Positions 40,360-51,327 are shown, counted from the stretch's first letter. The stretch is DNA of 64,000 bases from an uncultured bacterium (GCA_963732385.1 CAVSZB010000007.1:1120001-1184000); one strand, 5' to 3'. The notes: generated by a model from the letters alone, not told the origin. Program-made: numbers and translations.

Positions 40360-41646
40360 ATGAAGCCGGACGGCCACAGCATCAGGTTCGACCCGGCGCG
40401 CTGCATCGGCTGCGTGGCCTGCACGCAGGCCTGCCCGACGCGCGCCATCCGCGTGCGCGACGGCCTCGCCGCGCTGCGTCCCGAGTTATGCATCGACTGC
40501 GGCGCCTGCGTGGAGTCGTGCCGATACGACGCGGTGCTCGCCCGCACCTCCGGCGCCGCCGACCTGCAGCGCTTCCGGCACACGGTGGCCATCCCCTCGA
40601 TGACGTTCTACGGGCAGTTCGGCCGGGACGCGCATCCGGCGCAGGTGCTGCACGCGCTCACGCACGCCGGCTTCGACAGCGCCCTGGACATGTCGTGGAT
40701 GTGCGAGATGCTCGCCCAGGCCCGCGATGCCCGTCTGACCGAGGATCGCGGCCCGTGGCCGAAGATCTCGGTCACCTGCCCCGCGATCGTGCGGCTGGTG
40801 CAGATCCGCTACCCCGAACTGCTGCCGAACCTGTTGCCGCTGGAGTCGCCGCGCGAACTGACCGCCAAGCTGGTGCGCCGCCGGATCGCCGCCGAACAGG
40901 GCCTCGATCCCGCGGAGATCGGCATCTTCTTCATCACGCCGTGCGCGGCGATCATGAACTCGATCCTGCACCCGGTCGGCCTCGACGAATCGCACATCGA
41001 CGGCGCCTTCGGCATCAACGAATTGTACGGTCCGGTCCTCAAGGCGCTCAAGCAGGACGGCGGCATGGACCCCGATGCGCGTTTCAGTCCGACCGGCCTG
41101 CTGTGGGCCATGGCGGGCGGCGAGATCGCCGCCATGCGCAACACCAACACGATGTCGGTGCACGGGATCCGCGACGTGCAGTTCGTGTTCGACCGCATCG
41201 AGGCCGGCAAGTTCCAGAGCGTGGACTTCATCGAGGCGTACATCTGCCCGGACGGCTGCGTCAGCGGCGGCCTCACCATCGAGGGGCGCTACGCCGCCGG
41301 CCGCGCCATCCAGAAGCTGGCGAAGCGGGTCGGCGAGCAGCCGCCCACCATGAAGATGGAGCAGGTGCGCACGCTGCTGCGCGAGCATTTCTTCGACCTC
41401 GAAGAGGCGATCGCCGCGCGGCCGGCCCCGACGGCCACGCACGACCTGCGGCAGGCCATAGTCTGGAAGCGGGATCACGCCGCCCTGCTGGCGAAACTGC
41501 CGCGCCGCGATTGCGCGGCGTGCGGGGCGCCCGACTGCGCCACGCTCGCCGAGGACATCCTGCGCGGCGAGGCCACACTCGACGACTGTGTTTTTCTCAG
41601 GATCGACCGGTTGGAGGGGCGCGCTGCGCCCGAGGGAGGAGACTGA
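40360..41646 (+). CDS. [FeFe]-hydrogenase-like Fe-S protein (sensory group C/D-type) with a degenerate H-cluster pocket
   Basis: N-terminal 2x[4Fe-4S]; SVTCPAIV, ITPCAAIM, EAYICPDGCVSG; C-terminal CAACGAPDC...C FeS domain. Confidence 0.85.
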   Translation: MKPDGHSIRFDPARCIGCVACTQACPTRAIRVRDGLAALRPELCIDCGACVESCRYDAVLARTSGAADLQRFRHTVAIPSMTFYGQFGRDAHPAQVLHALTHAGFDSALDMSWMCEMLAQARDARLTEDRGPWPKISVTCPAIVRLVQIRYPELLPNLLPLESPRELTAKLVRRRIAAEQGLDPAEIGIFFITPCAAIMNSILHPVGLDESHIDGAFGINELYGPVLKALKQDGGMDPDARFSPTGLLWAMAGGEIAAMRNTNTMSVHGIRDVQFVFDRIEAGKFQSVDFIEAYICPDGCVSGGLTIEGRYAAGRAIQKLAKRVGEQPPTMKMEQVRTLLREHFFDLEEAIAARPAPTATHDLRQAIVWKRDHAALLAKLPRRDCAACGAPDCATLAEDILRGEATLDDCVFLRIDRLEGRAAPEGGD

Positions 41647-42048
41647 TGAGCAAGCACATGCTGGTCCTGGACCTCGTCTGCCCCCAGTGCGCGAGCCACC
41701 TGACCGAGGGCACACGGGTCACGCTCAACGCATTCGTGAAGGACAGCCACCGCGAGGGCGAGATGCACCTGAGCGCCATCTTCGGCGACTACTCGCTCGA
41801 GTCCGACCTAGAGCTCACCGAGGGCGATGTCGTCGAGTTCCGCTGCCCGCAAGTGCGATGCGAGCATCATGCTGCCGCTGGCCTGCAAGCTGTGCGGCGC
41901 GCAGATGGCCTCGCTCAACCTCAGCGTGGGCGGCTACGTGGAGTTCTGCTCCCGGCGCGGCTGCAAGGGACACGCGCTGGGCGGCGTCGGCGACATCGAC
42001 CAGATGATGACCATGATGAACAAGATGTTCGACACGCCCTACGACTAG
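41646..42048 (+). CDS. Cys-rich putative metal-binding protein (133 aa after removing one inserted base at about 41850)
   Basis: CPQC...LSAIFGDY...FRCPKC...CKLCGA...CSRRGCKGH, joined across a +1 frameshift. Confidence 0.7.
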
Positions 42049-42121
42049 ACGTCGCCGGCGGATCGACATTGTCCGGCGGGAACAATCCCGTTCCACGTAA
42101 GACCGCAACCAGGAGCCCGCG

Positions 42122-42604
42122 ATGACCGATCACCGCAAACTCGATCTCCGCACCCTGCACTTCGCCGGGCAGGAGGGGAAGTTGATCCCCGCCCTGCAGA
42201 AAACGCAGGAGCGGGAGGGCTATATCTCGCCGGCGGGCCTGCGCGCCATCAGCGAGGAGCACGGCGTGCCTCTCTCGCAGATCTACGGCGTGGCCACGTT
42301 CTACTCGCAGTTCCGCCTGCATCCGGTCGGGAAGCACATCGTGCGCGTCTGCCACGGCACGGCCTGCCACGTGCAGGGCGCGAAGGGCATCACCGAGGCA
42401 GTGGAGAGCACTCTCGGCGTCCAGACCGGCGAGACCACGGCGGACCGGCAGTTCACGCTGGAGATGGTGTCCTGCCTCGGCTGCTGCAGCCTGGCGCCGG
42501 TCATCATGATCGACAACGACACCTACGGAAACCTGAAGCCGGCGGACGTCAAGAAGGTCGTCAAGCCGTACCGGGACGCGAGCGCGGAGGCCGTGAAGAA
42601 ATGA
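42122..42604 (+). CDS. NuoE/HydC/BfuC-like [2Fe-2S] subunit
   Basis: [24 protein letters not shown]. Confidence 0.92.
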   Translation: MTDHRKLDLRTLHFAGQEGKLIPALQKTQEREGYISPAGLRAISEEHGVPLSQIYGVATFYSQFRLHPVGKHIVRVCHGTACHVQGAKGITEAVESTLGVQTGETTADRQFTLEMVSCLGCCSLAPVIMIDNDTYGNLKPADVKKVVKPYRDASAEAVKK

Positions 42605-44372
42605 AGATCGTGGTCGGACTCGGCACCTGTGGCATCGCGGCCGGCGCGGAGCACACCTATTCCGCGCTGGCGGCGGCGACCGGCAACGGCGGGCCTCGTT
42701 TCGAACTGGAGAAGACCGGCTGTCTCGGCATGTGCTACCAGGAACCGCTGGTGGAGGTGCGCGACGACGCGGGCCACACCTGGCACTACGGCGGCATGAC
42801 GAAGGACCGGGTGGCGCGGCTGCTCGAGGAGCACGTGGCCGGCGGCGCGCCGGTGGCGGAATGGCTGGTCCGCACCGACGACGGGCGGCGGCTCCGAAAC
42901 GGCGTTCCTCGCCAAGCAGAACCGCATCGTGCTGCGCAACTGCGGCGTCATCAACCCGGAGTCGATCGACGACTACCTGGCGGTCGGAGGGGTACCAGGC
43001 GCTCGCGAAGGTGCTCGCCGAGCAGGACCCCGACGCGCTGATCAACTCCATCATCGAGTCGGGCCTGCGCGGCCGCGGCGGCGCCGGCTTCCTCACCGGC
43101 ATGAAGTGGCGCTTCACGCGCCTCGCCCCCGGCGACCACAAGTACGTGATCTGCAACGCCGACGAGGGCGATCCGGGGGCCTTCATGGACCGCTCGGTGC
43201 TCGAGAGCGACCCCCACTCCGTGCTCGAGGGGATGACCATCGCCGGCTTCGCCATCGGCGCCGACCGACGGCTACATCTACGTCCGCGCCGAGTACCCCA
43301 AGGCGATCGAGCGGCTGAACATCGCCATCGCCCAGGCCGAGGAGCGCGGCTGCCTCGGCGACAACATCCTCGGCTCCGGCTTCTCGCTTCCACGTCCGGC
43401 TCAAGGAGGGCGCCGGCGCCTTCGTCTGCGGCGAGGAGACCGCGCTCATCGGCTCGATCGAGGGCAAGCGCGGCATGCCGCGGGTGCGCCCGCCGTTCCC
43501 CGCGGTGAAGGGGCTGTGGGGCTGCCCCACGAACATCAACAACGTCGAGACCTTCGCGAACGTCCCCTGGATCGTCGCTGCAGCGGGCCGCAGGCGTTCA
43601 ACAGCCTCGGCACCGCCAACAGCAAGGGCACGAAGGTGTTCGCGCTGGCCGGCAAGGTGAAGCGCGGCGGTCTGGTCGAGGTGCCGATGGGCATCACGAT
43701 CCGCGAGATCGTGTTCGAGATCTGCGGCGGCATCAAGGAGGACCGGAAGTTCAAGGCCGTGCAGATGGGCGGCCCCTCCGGCGGCTGCATCCCGGCCGAA
43801 CTGGCCGACACGATCATCGACTACGAGTCGATCAACAAGACCGGCGCCATCATGGGCTCGGGCGGCCTCGTCGTCATGGACGAGACGACCTGCATGGTCG
43901 ACGTGGCGCGCTTCTTCCTCGACTTCACGCAGCGCGAGTCGTGCGGCAAGTGCACCTTCTGCCGGGTCGGCACGAAGCGGATGCTCGAGGTCCTCACCCG
44001 CATCACCGAGGGCGACGGGCGCGACGGCGACATCGAGCTGCTCGAGCAGCTCGCCGTCCTGGTCAAGAACAACTCGCTGTGCGGACTCGGTCAGACCGCG
44101 CCCAATCCGGTGCTGACCACGCTCAAGTACTTCCGCTCGGAGTACGAGGCGCACATCACGAACAGGAAGTGCCCGGCGCACAACTGCCGGAAGCTGCTGA
44201 CCTACAAGATCACCGACGCGTGCAACGGCTGCACCGCCTGCGGCCGGGTCTGTCCCACAGAAGGCGATCACCGGCGAGCAAGAAGGAGCTGCACGTCATC
44301 GAACAGTCGCAGTGCATCCAGTGCGACGAGTGCTACAAGACCTGCAAATTCCACGCGATCACGCGCAACTGA
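42601..44372 (+). CDS. NuoF/HydB/BfuB-like FMN/NADH subunit, bifurcating type; 587 aa after removing 8 inserted bases
   Basis: Thioredoxin-like N-terminus (GTCG, GCLGMC), [44 protein letters not shown]...CPAHNC and C-terminal 2x[4Fe-4S], spread over three frames. Confidence 0.85.
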
Positions 44373-44398
44373 CGACGGCCGAGCCCGAGAGGTAGGAC

Positions 44399-47300
44399 AT
44401 GGACCTGGTCAAGCTCGAGATAGACGGCAAGCGGATCATCGCCGACAACCGGCAGACCATTCTCGAGGTGGCCCGCGCCAACGGGATCACCAACATCCCC
44501 ACGCTGTGCCACGACGGACAGCTCGAACCGTTCGCCTCGTGCTTCCTGTGCGTGGTGAAGGTGAAGGGGGCGCGCACCCTGCTGCCCGCCTGCTCCACCA
44601 AGGTGGCGGGCGGCATGGTGGTCGAGACCGACAACGCAGAGGTGCGCCGCTCGCGCAAGGCGGCCCTCGAGCTGATGCTGTCGAACCACTACGCCGACTG
44701 CATCGGGCCGTGCCAGCTCGCCTGCCCGGCGGGGATCGACATCCAGGGCTACATCGCCCTGGCGGCGCTCGGCCAGTACGCCGACGCGATCCAGCTCATC
44801 AAGGAAAACAACCCGCTGCCCGCGGTGTGCGGCCGCGTCTGCACCCGCCCCTGCGAGGTGACGGGGTGCCGCCGCAACCTGATGGACGAGGCGGTCGGCA
44901 TCGACTACATCAAGCGCTACATCGCCGACCTCGACCTCGGGTCGGCGGCGCCGTGGCGTCCGCAGGTGGCGCCGGCGAACGGGCGCCGGGTGGCGGTCGT
45001 GGGCGGCGGCCCGGCCGGCCTCTCCTGCGCCTACTACCTGGCCGTGCGCGGCTACGGCGTGGAGATCTTCGAGAGCCAGCCCGAGGCGGGCGGCATGCTG
45101 CGCTACGGCATTCCCGAGTACCGCCTGCCCAAGGAGACGCTCGACCTCGAGATCAACCAGATCCTCGAACTCGGCGTGAGCTCTGCGCACCAACATCTCC
45201 CTCGGCCGCGATTTCACGCTGGCCTCGCTCCGGAGCGGACGGCTACGACGCCGTCTTCCTGGGCATCGGCGCCTGGGACACCTCGAAGATGCGCGTCCAG
45301 GACGAGGATGCGCCGGGCGTCCTGCCCGGCATCGAGTTCCTGCGCGAGTACGGCCTGCAACCGCGCCCAGCCGCTGCCGGGCCGGGTGCTGGTCGTCGGC
45401 GGCGGCAACACCGCCATCGACTGCGCGCGCACCTCGCTGCGCCTGGGCGCCGGCGAGGTCCGTCTGCTCTACCGTCGCACCCGCGCGGAGATGCCGGCCA
45501 ACGAGGTCGAGATCGAGGAGGCCGAGCACGAGGGGGTCCACATGGACTTCCTGGTCGCGCCGACCCGCGTCGTCCTCAAGGACGGGCGCGCCTGCGGCCT
45601 CGAGTGCCTGCGCATGGAGCTGGGCGAGCCCGACGCCTCCGGCCGCCGCAGCCCCAAGCCGGTCAAAGGCTCCGAATTCGTTATCGACGGCGACTGGATC
45701 ATCTCGGCCATCGGCCAGAGCACGCACGTGGCCGGCCTGGTCGGCGGCAAAATCCCCGAACTTCCTGCCCTTCGGCGAGAGCCTCGAACCTGACGCGCTG
45801 GCAGACCATCCAGGTCAACGAGAAGACGTTCGAAACGAGCGTCGACGGCGTCTTCTCCGGCGGCGACGTCGTCACCGGCGCCGCCACGGCGATCGAGGCG
45901 ATCGCGGCCGGCCGCAAGGCGGCCTACGCCATCGACCAGTACGTCCGCACCGGCAAGGCGCGCCCCGAGCCGATGCAGTTCAACAGCCGCAAGGACGCCT
46001 TCCGCAAGGTCACCGTGGAGGATCTGCGCGACGGCGCCCGCTACGCGCGCCGGCCGATGCCGGCCCTGGCCATCGACGAGCGCCTCAAGAGTTTCGCCGA
46101 GGTCGAGACCGGCTATACCGCCGGCGACATGCGGCAGGAGAGCCACCGCTGCCTCGAGTGCGGCTGCGTGGCGCTGTTCGACTGCGACCTGCGCCGCTAC
46201 GCCACCGAGTACGAAGTCGAAATCGACCACTTCCTCGGCGAGGCGAAGCAGTACCGCGTCGACCGGAGCCACCCGCTGATCGAACTCGACCCGAACAAGT
46301 GCATCCTGTGCGGACGCTGCGTGCGGATGTGCGGCGAGGTCGTCGGCGTGGCCGCCTACGGCTTCATCAACCGCGGGTTCAAGACGGTGGTCAAGCCGGC
46401 CCTCGGCGGCGCCCTGCTCGACACCGACTGCGTCTCGTGCGGCCTCTGCATCGGCACCTGCCCCACCGGCGCCATCGCCGAGATCCTCCCTCTGGCCAAG
46501 CCGGGGCCGTGGCTCACCGTGAAGACCCCCACGGTCTGCACGCTACTGCGGCGTCGGCTGCCGCTTCAACTTCGACAGCTACGGCGACTCGCTCGTCAAG
46601 GTGACCCGCTTCGACGACGACGCGGGCGCCACTTCGGGCAACCACTGCCGCAAGGGGCGCTTCGGCTACGGCTACGCGCAGTCGCCCGATCGTCTGCGCA
46701 CGGCTTTCATTCGCGCCGGACGCGAGCTGCAGGAGGCGAAGATCGAAGAAGCCGTCTCCTACGCCGCCATGCGCCTGAAGGAGTTGCGCCGCAGGCATCC
46801 GGGCGACGCGGTAGCGCCGTCTTCGTCTCCCCGCGCCTGACCAACGAGGAGATCTACCTGGCGCAGAAGTTCGCCCGCATCGCGCTCGGCACGCACCAGG
46901 TCACGACCTTCGCCCATCTGGTCAACCGCGACCTCAACTGCCCCGACGTGCATTCCAACGGCTCCTACCACGACCTCGAGGACGCCCAGGCGATCCTCGT
47001 GGTCGGCTCCGAACTGGCCGACGAGCACTTCGTGGCGGACCTGGCCGTGAAGAAGGCGCTCCGCAAGGGCGGGAAGCTGATCACCATCGGCCCGCGGGCG
47101 GACCAGACCTCGCGTTTCGCGGACATCTTCCTGCAGTGCGGCGCAGGCCAGGAGGCCGAGACGCTGCTGGGCATCCTCGCCGCCTGCGCCGAAGACACGC
47201 CCGATGTCCTGGCCGACGACGCCGTGCTGGCCGGGCTCGTGAAGAAGGCCGGCGTCGATGCGCGCGCGAAGGCAGCCGGCGTGGCCCCGGCCGACCTGCG

Positions 47301-48201
47301 CGCCGCGGCGGGGCTGCTCTGCGGCAGCATCCTGAAAGTTCTCGTGTTCAACCGGGACCGGCGCGCGCCCCGCGTCCCCGGCGACGCCCGCCTCTACGCG
47401 CAGGTTGCTTCGGCGCTCGGTTGCGGGCTGCTGGGCCTGCACGAAAAGGCCAACATGCAGGGCTTGTGCGATCTCGGCGCCAGCCCCCACTGGCTGCCCG
47501 GCTACGCCTCCACCGGCGATGCCAAGGCGATCGCCAACCTCGAGAAGGAGTGGTGCGTGGCGCTGCGCGTCACCGCCGGCGCCGGCGCCGACGTGGCCGA
47601 GGCGCTGCGGCTGAAGAAGATCAAGGTGGCCGTCGTGATCGGCGAGGACCCCCTGGGCGCCGCGTCGCTGCCGCCCGACCTGGCCGCCGGCCTGGCGGCC
47701 GCTGAGTTCCTGGTCGTGGCCGATCTCTTCCCCACCGCCACCACGCGGACCGCCGCCGTGGTGCTGCCGCTCTCGAGCGCGGCCGAAACGAGCGGCACCA
47801 TGACCAACTCGGAGCGCCGCGTGCAGTCGCTGCGCCGCGCCATGCCGCCGCTGGCCGGCGTCGAGACCTGGGACCTCATCTGCCGCCTCGCCGCCCAGAT
47901 GGGCTTCCGCTTCAAGATGAAGTACGACGGCCCCGCCGACGTCGCCGCCGAAATCGCCCGCCTCTTCCCTGCCTGGGGCACCGTGACCATCGACAGCGCC
48001 GACGCCGACGGTACCTGGAGCGCCGCCGGCGCCGGCCTGCCGCCGGTCCCGTTCGACCCCGCCCGCCTGACCGAACGCGTGCGCCCTGTGGTCACGAGCG
48101 ATCTCGACCACGTCGAAGGCCGTTTCGCCGTCTGGTTCGACACGACGATCGGCGAGGCCCGCAGGAAGCTGGCCGAGGCGGCGGCTGCCGCCGTTACCTA
48201 G
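44399..48201 (+). CDS. Fe-S/GltD-like FAD-NAD(P) oxidoreductase fused to a NuoG-like degenerate molybdopterin domain (NfnA/NsoC/SfrAB-like); 1264 aa after removing 8 inserted bases
   Basis: [2Fe-2S] (TLC..SCFLC..PAC), PCQLACP, CGRVCTRPCE, GGGPAG, GGGNTAIDCA, YRRT, GGDVVTG, 2x[4Fe-4S], CxYCGVGC..CRKGRFG, ETSGTMTNSERRVQ. Confidence 0.82.
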
Positions 48202-48234
48202 CGGCGCGCGGAAGTCATCATCAGTCGATGCGAA

Positions 48235-48261
48235 CCGGCCCGGGCGTCCTGCCCGGGCCGG
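48235..48261 (+). terminator. GC-rich hairpin after the operon (weak U-tract)
   Basis: CCGGCCCGGGC-GTCCT-GCCCGGGCCGG. Confidence 0.45.
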
Positions 48262-48385
48262 CCGCTTCAGGGGACACCGCCGCCGCCCCGGTTGCCTTTC
48301 GCCGTCGCGCGTCCCGCCCCCGTTGACATCTCCCCCCGGAACAGGCAATCTCCCCCCTCCCCACCCCCGCCAAGGAGGGAGCGTC

Positions 48386-49573
48386 ATGCCAGATATCTCC
48401 CGCATCCAGGAGCAGATCCGCGCCGAAGGCGTGGACGGCTGGCTGCTGTGCGATTTCCACAACCGCGACGCCATCGCCTACAAGGTCCTCGGCCTGGACC
48501 CGGCGAAGTTCACCAGCCGCCGCTGGTTCTACTGGATTCCGGCGACCGGCGAGCCGGTGCGCCTCTGCTCCAAGGTCGAGCCTCACCGGCTGGACGACCT
48601 GCCCGGTCCGCAGCGCTGGTACCTGTCGTGGCGCGAGCTGCACGACGGCCTGAAATCACTGCTCGGCAACGCGAAGACGGTGGCCATGCAGTGGTCGCCC
48701 GACTGCAACATCCCCTACGTCTCGATCACCGACGGCGGCACCGTCGACCTGGTCCGTCGGCTCGGCTACGAGGTGGTCTCCTCGGCCGGTCTGGTGCAGA
48801 CGTTCCAGGCCGTGCTCGACGACGCCGCGTACCGGTCGCACCTCGAGGCGTGCACGCGGGTGCAGAAGATCAAGGACGAGGCGTTCGCCCTGATCGGCAG
48901 CGAACTGCGCGCCGGCCGCACGATCACGCAGTACGACGGGCAGCAGTTCATCCTGCGCCGCTTCGCCGAGGAGGGACTCACCTGCATGGGCGAGAACCCG
49001 ATGGTCGGCACCAACGAGCACCCCGCCGACCCGCACTTCGAGCCGTCGCCGGAGAACGCCCGCCCGATCCGCAAGGGCGACACCGTGCTGATCGACCTGT
49101 GGGCGAAGCTGGACCAGCCCGGCGCCATCTTCTACGACATCACCTGGTGCGGCTTCGTCGGGAAGAACCCGCCGGCGAAGTACGTCGAGCTGTTCAACAC
49201 CGTGCGCGACGCCCGCGACGCGGCCGTGACCTTCATCCGCGCCCGCTACGCCGCCAAGCAGCCGGTGTACGGCTGGGAGGTGGACGATGCCTGCCGCAAC
49301 GTGGTGAAGAAGGCCGGCTACGGCGACTTCTTCATCCACCGCACCGGGCACTCCATCGGCGAACAGGTGCACGGCAACGGCGTCAACATCGACAATCTCG
49401 AAACGCGCGACGAGCGCGAGATCGTGCCCGGCATCTGCTTCTCGATCGAGCCGGGGATCTACCTCAAGGGCGAGATGGCGGCGCGCTCGGAGATCAACGT
49501 CTTCGTCACGCCCGCCGGCAAGGTGGATGTCGCGGGCGACCAGCAGCGCGACCTGGTCCTGATCGACGCCTGA
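48386..49573 (+). CDS. M24 family Xaa-Pro aminopeptidase
   Basis: AAGGAGG RBS; ADPHF, LIDLW, YDITW, HRTGHSIG, SIEPGIY, RSE. Confidence 0.9.
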   Translation: MPDISRIQEQIRAEGVDGWLLCDFHNRDAIAYKVLGLDPAKFTSRRWFYWIPATGEPVRLCSKVEPHRLDDLPGPQRWYLSWRELHDGLKSLLGNAKTVAMQWSPDCNIPYVSITDGGTVDLVRRLGYEVVSSAGLVQTFQAVLDDAAYRSHLEACTRVQKIKDEAFALIGSELRAGRTITQYDGQQFILRRFAEEGLTCMGENPMVGTNEHPADPHFEPSPENARPIRKGDTVLIDLWAKLDQPGAIFYDITWCGFVGKNPPAKYVELFNTVRDARDAAVTFIRARYAAKQPVYGWEVDDACRNVVKKAGYGDFFIHRTGHSIGEQVHGNGVNIDNLETRDEREIVPGICFSIEPGIYLKGEMAARSEINVFVTPAGKVDVAGDQQRDLVLIDA

Positions 49574-49590
49574 GCGGAAGGAGGCCCGTC

Positions 49591-51306
49591 GTGGGCTGGT
49601 ACCTCTGGGTGATCCTGGTTTACCTGCTCGTCCTGACCGGTTTCAACTTTCTGCGCGCGCGGAAAGTGCAGTCGCAGGACGACTTCATGGTGGCGGGGCG
49701 CAAGCTCTCCGTCACGACCATGGTCTTCACGCTGGTCTGCACCTGGATCGGCTCCGGCACGTTCATCGCCGGGGCGGAATACGCGGTGCGGGCCGGCTGG
49801 TCGTCGCTCTGGCTGCCGGCCGGGGCGTGGGTCGGCATCGCGGTGATCTACTTCCTCGCCGCGAAGATCCGCGGCTTCGGCCAGTACACCGTGGGCGACA
49901 TCCTCGAGGTGCGCTACGGCAAGTTCGCGCGGCTGTTCGGCGCGATCGCGCTCGTGATCGCCTTCACGACGATCGTCTCCTACCAGTTCCGCGCCGGCGG
50001 CTACATCCTGAACGTCGCCACCGACGGCGCGATCTCGGTCGAGATGGGCCAGGTCATCGCCGCCGCCTTCGTCATCCTGTTCACGTCGATGGGCGGCATG
50101 GTCGCCGTGGCCCACACCGACCTGCCCAACGGCATCATCATCGTGCTCGCCTGCTGCGCTGCGCTGCCGTTCGTGGTGCTGTTCGCCGGCGGCTGGAGCG
50201 GCGCCGCGGCCGCGCTGCCGCCACAGCATTTCGCCGTCTTCGCCTCCGACTTCGGCCGCTACCCCGCGCTCAAGGCGGGCGGCTACTTCCTGGCCACGCT
50301 GCTGCTGCTGATGGGCATCCAGTCGATGTACCAGAAGTTCTACTCGGCCAAGACCCCGGCCGAGGCTAAGAAGGCGGTCGGCCTCTGGATCTTCGGCACG
50401 ATCCTGGTCGAGACGGTGGTCGTGGTGATCGCGATCTACGCCGCCTCCGCGCATTGGGCCGACCTGCGCGCCTTCGACATCGCCGGCACGGTGAAGGAGC
50501 AGGTCGCCACCGGCCAGCTGCAGCCGGCCGAGGCCGGTACCCGCGCCCTCTCGCTCGCCACGCAGGCGGTGGCGGAGGGCACGGTCAAGCCGGAGCAGGC
50601 GGCCCGCCTGCAGGTGACCCTGCAGAGCGCCTTCGCCGGCCGCAACGACGCGGCCGCGGTGGCCGACGCCCACGCCGGCATCGACCCTGCGTCCATCGTA
50701 TTGCAGGCCGCCCGCGACATGGCCGGCCGCGGCGGCATCGCCATGCTGGTGGGCCTGTTGCTGCTGGGGGCCGCCTGCGCGGTCGTCATCTCGACCGGCA
50801 TGAACTACCTGCTCTCCCCCACGACGAACATCATGCGCGACATCTACCAGCGCTTCATCAACCCGCGGGCCGACCCGACGAAGATGGTGGCGCTGCAGAA
50901 GGTGTTCGTGGTGATCCTCGGCCTGTGCGCCTTCCTGATGATCTTCATCCCGACCGTCCTGCACTCCCGCATCTCGGTGCTGCGCTACTCGTACTTCGCC
51001 TACACGATGTACGGCGTGGCGATCACCCCGGCGCTGCTGGCCGCGCTCGCCTGGAAGCGCGCCACCCGCCAGGGCGGCCTCGCCTCGATCGTCTCGGGCG
51101 CCTTCATGGCCCTGCTGCTCGAACTGGTGGTCCCCAATGCCTTCCCGTCGGTGATGAACGGCGGCGACCCGTGGGGCATCCCGAGCATCTACCCGGCCGC
51201 GCTGGTCTCGATCGGCGCGCTGATCATCGTGAGCCTGCTGACCCCGCCGCCGACGGCGGCGGAGCTGGCGCCGCTGTTCGGCGGAGAGAAGGCCCAGGGG
51301 GCCTGA
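49591..51306 (+). CDS. Sodium:solute symporter (SSS) with a large loop insertion
   Basis: GTG start with AAGGAGG; DFMVAGRKL, TWIGSG, YTVGDILEVRYG, GGMVAVAHTD, YQKFYSAK, WKRAT. Confidence 0.9.
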   Translation: MGWYLWVILVYLLVLTGFNFLRARKVQSQDDFMVAGRKLSVTTMVFTLVCTWIGSGTFIAGAEYAVRAGWSSLWLPAGAWVGIAVIYFLAAKIRGFGQYTVGDILEVRYGKFARLFGAIALVIAFTTIVSYQFRAGGYILNVATDGAISVEMGQVIAAAFVILFTSMGGMVAVAHTDLPNGIIIVLACCAALPFVVLFAGGWSGAAAALPPQHFAVFASDFGRYPALKAGGYFLATLLLLMGIQSMYQKFYSAKTPAEAKKAVGLWIFGTILVETVVVVIAIYAASAHWADLRAFDIAGTVKEQVATGQLQPAEAGTRALSLATQAVAEGTVKPEQAARLQVTLQSAFAGRNDAAAVADAHAGIDPASIVLQAARDMAGRGGIAMLVGLLLLGAACAVVISTGMNYLLSPTTNIMRDIYQRFINPRADPTKMVALQKVFVVILGLCAFLMIFIPTVLHSRISVLRYSYFAYTMYGVAITPALLAALAWKRATRQGGLASIVSGAFMALLLELVVPNAFPSVMNGGDPWGIPSIYPAALVSIGALIIVSLLTPPPTAAELAPLFGGEKAQGA

Positions 51307-51327
51307 GCGGAGGGAAATCGTTGGCAA

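Noticed and set aside
41850..46815. Programmed ribosomal frameshifting or RNA editing
   Set aside because: There are too many sites and no shared slippery motif. A consensus artefact is the simpler explanation, although reads are needed to confirm it.
43516..48201. 1561-aa ORF as a single NuoF-GltD-Mo fusion
   Set aside because: A chimera of frames caused by the insertions. NuoF ends at TGA 44372 and the next gene has its own RBS and ATG at 44399.
44399..48201. Formate dehydrogenase alpha, possibly a selenoprotein
   Set aside because: No Cys/Sec-His catalytic motif and no in-frame TGA at that position.
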